The notes beneath the pieces are model-generated. The model had not been told where the DNA came from. It made no database searches and was given only the letters and a program-made list of their open reading frames with translations. This document shows, in pieces, positions 62,012-64,000 of a stretch of 64,000 nucleotides of DNA; position 1 is the first letter of the stretch; each line of letters begins with the position of its first letter. The translations under genes were made by a program, and so were the position numbers. This stretch comes from Rhynchobatus australiae (lineage: Eukaryota): the NCBI GenBank assembly GCA_034780895.1, contig JAUZTB010000017.1, positions 28,450,486 to 28,514,485 on the forward strand, written 5' to 3'.

Positions 62012-62487
62012 GGAGGTTCACAAGGATGATCCCCGGGAATGAAAGGCTGAATGTATGAGGAGATTTTGATGGCTCTGGGTCTGTACTTGATGGAGCTCAG
62101 AAGGATGAGGGGGATCTCAATGAAACCAAATACCAAAAGGCCTGGATAGAATGGATGTGAAGAGGATGTTTCTATTAGCGGGAGAGTCTAGGATCTGAGG
62201 GCACAGGCTCAGAATAATGGGACATTCCTTTGGTACTGAGATGAGGAATTTCTTCAGCCAGAGCATGGTGAATCTATGGAATTTGTTGCCACAGAAGGCT
62301 GTGGAGACCACGTCTCTGGGTATATTTAAGGTAGAGATTGATAGGTTCTTGATTGGTAAGGAAATTAAGGGTTACAGGGAAAACACAGGAGAATGGGGTT
62401 GAAAAAAAATGAGCCATGATTGAATGGCAGAGCAGACTTGATGGGCCAAATGGCCTATTTCTTCTCCTTTATCTTATGGTCTTATAA
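62012..62487 (+). mobile_element. CR1-type LINE 3' fragment
   Basis: Remnant GHSFGTEMRNFFSQSMVNLWNLLPQKAVETTSLGIFKVEIDRFLIGKEIKGY, with tail tcttatggtcttat. Confidence 0.9.
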
Positions 62488-64000
62488 GAACTGCCTACTG
62501 TATCAATGATGGTGTTCAAGGACTGTTGTGGATCAACATTTTCCAACCCTTCACCAGTTAATCACAAAAGTTGCAAGATTATTATAAAACCTATTAATTT
62601 ACTGACATATAGTGAAATANNNNNNNNNNNNNNNNNNNNNNNNNNNNNNNNNNNNNNNNNNNNNNNNNNNNNNNNNNNNNNNNNNNNNNNNNNNNNNNNN
62701 NNNNNNNNNNNNNNNNNNNNNNNNNNNNNNNNNNNNNNNNNNNNNNNNNNNNNNNNNNNNNNNNNNNNNNNNNNNNNNNNNNNNNNNNNNNNNNNNNNNN
62801 NNNNNNNNNNNNNNNNNNNNNNNNNNNNNNNNNNNNNNNNNNNNNNNNNNNNNNNNNNNNNNNNNNNNNNNNNNNNNNNNNNNNNNNNNNNNNNNNNNNN
62901 NNNNNNNNNNNNNNNNNNNNNNNNNNNNNNNNNNNNNNNNNNNNNNNNNNNNNNNNNNNNNNNNNNNNNNNNNNNNNNNNNNNNNNNNNNNNNNNNNNNN
63001 NNNNNNNNNNNNNNNNNNNNNNNNNNNNNNNNNNNNNNNNNNNNNNNNNNNNNNNNNNNNNNNNNNNNNNNNNNNNNNNNNNNNNNNNNNATTTACTGAC
63101 ATATAGTGAAATAACCCAAATATGTTCTATAGCTAAAATTCTGAAAATGTTTGGGAAAGTGAGGAAAAACATCATCAATCATCCTCACAAATACAATCTA
63201 CTCTCCAATAAGTTGCTCACAATGCTCAGTTTGGAATTCACCAAAACCATTTAGCCACAGGTTCAGTATGTCCTTCACTTTATCATGATCAGGAGAACTA
63301 AATCTACTTTCACCTGAGGCAGCATTTGACTAGGCATACCACTTAACATCTCCAGTAAAACTGAGGTCAGTAGGGGTCAAATGAAAATTCTTCCAGCAGC
63401 TGGAGTCACAGCTGATACCAGGAATCAGAATCAGATGTGAGGCCATTGATTGTAGCCTTAAAACACTGTTGGGGGAGTTGTTCATTGTGGTATCCAATAA
63501 TGAAATGCTCCCGTTCATACAGTCAGGAATGGACCTATCTGTTGACTTAGTTCAACATGTTCAGTTCATTCACAACTCCTACAATAAAAATACAGCCCAT
63601 TCTAACTTAGTTTAGCTTAGCTAAGAGGAAACTATAATGATATTTCTGCCCTTGATTGAGGGAAAAGTTAAAGTCAGTCAATATTTTCAACCCTGTTTCA
63701 ATTTGGAAAATGCAAATGCATAGATGTCAATTGATGGTTGAACTGAGCTTGTTTTGATATCACCCATAATCAAAGAACCAGCACTTAATCTAGGTTCACA
63801 CATAAACAATGAACAATGGATTGAGCAACAGAGAATTTCTGGATGCAGCGAGCTTCTGCTAAGTCATAATGTGTGAGAAAAGATAGGAGCAAGAAAGGAT
63901 GGAAGGAATCTGGAGAGGGTGTCACACATTCTCCTTTCTGCCTTCACCTTTTTATTGTTCATTTTCCAGGTGTAGCATTTTTCTTCCCAAATGCATTCAT

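Overview
This is AT-rich, repeat-dense vertebrate genomic DNA from a gapped draft assembly. Its repeat content (HE1/V-SINE-like and SacSINE1/DeuSINE-like SINEs, CR1 and Rex1/Babar LINE fragments, Penelope-type repeats) points to a cartilaginous fish. The window carries five + strand coding exons of ADGRA1 (GPR123): 6836-6963, 19308-19431, 34048-34193, 52365-52460 and 54267-55503. All introns are GT-AG and the phases are compatible. The joined exons encode 576 codons plus stop, from DLKTVLS... through the 7TM domain to the C-terminal PDZ-binding motif ...GPWKNETTV. The exon supplying the start codon was not identified with confidence. No prokaryotic-type system (CRISPR, operon) is present. The most notable extras are: a 444-bp solo LTR with a perfect 5-bp TSD; Penelope-type repeats carrying minimal hammerhead-ribozyme-like cores that repeatedly form fold-back pairs; a minisatellite split in register by a LINE; a very decayed RT fossil that may be R1/I-group-like; and an F>S change in the RFYL motif. 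Repeat family names come from my recollection of consensus motifs, not from a database search, and repeat boundaries are approximate.
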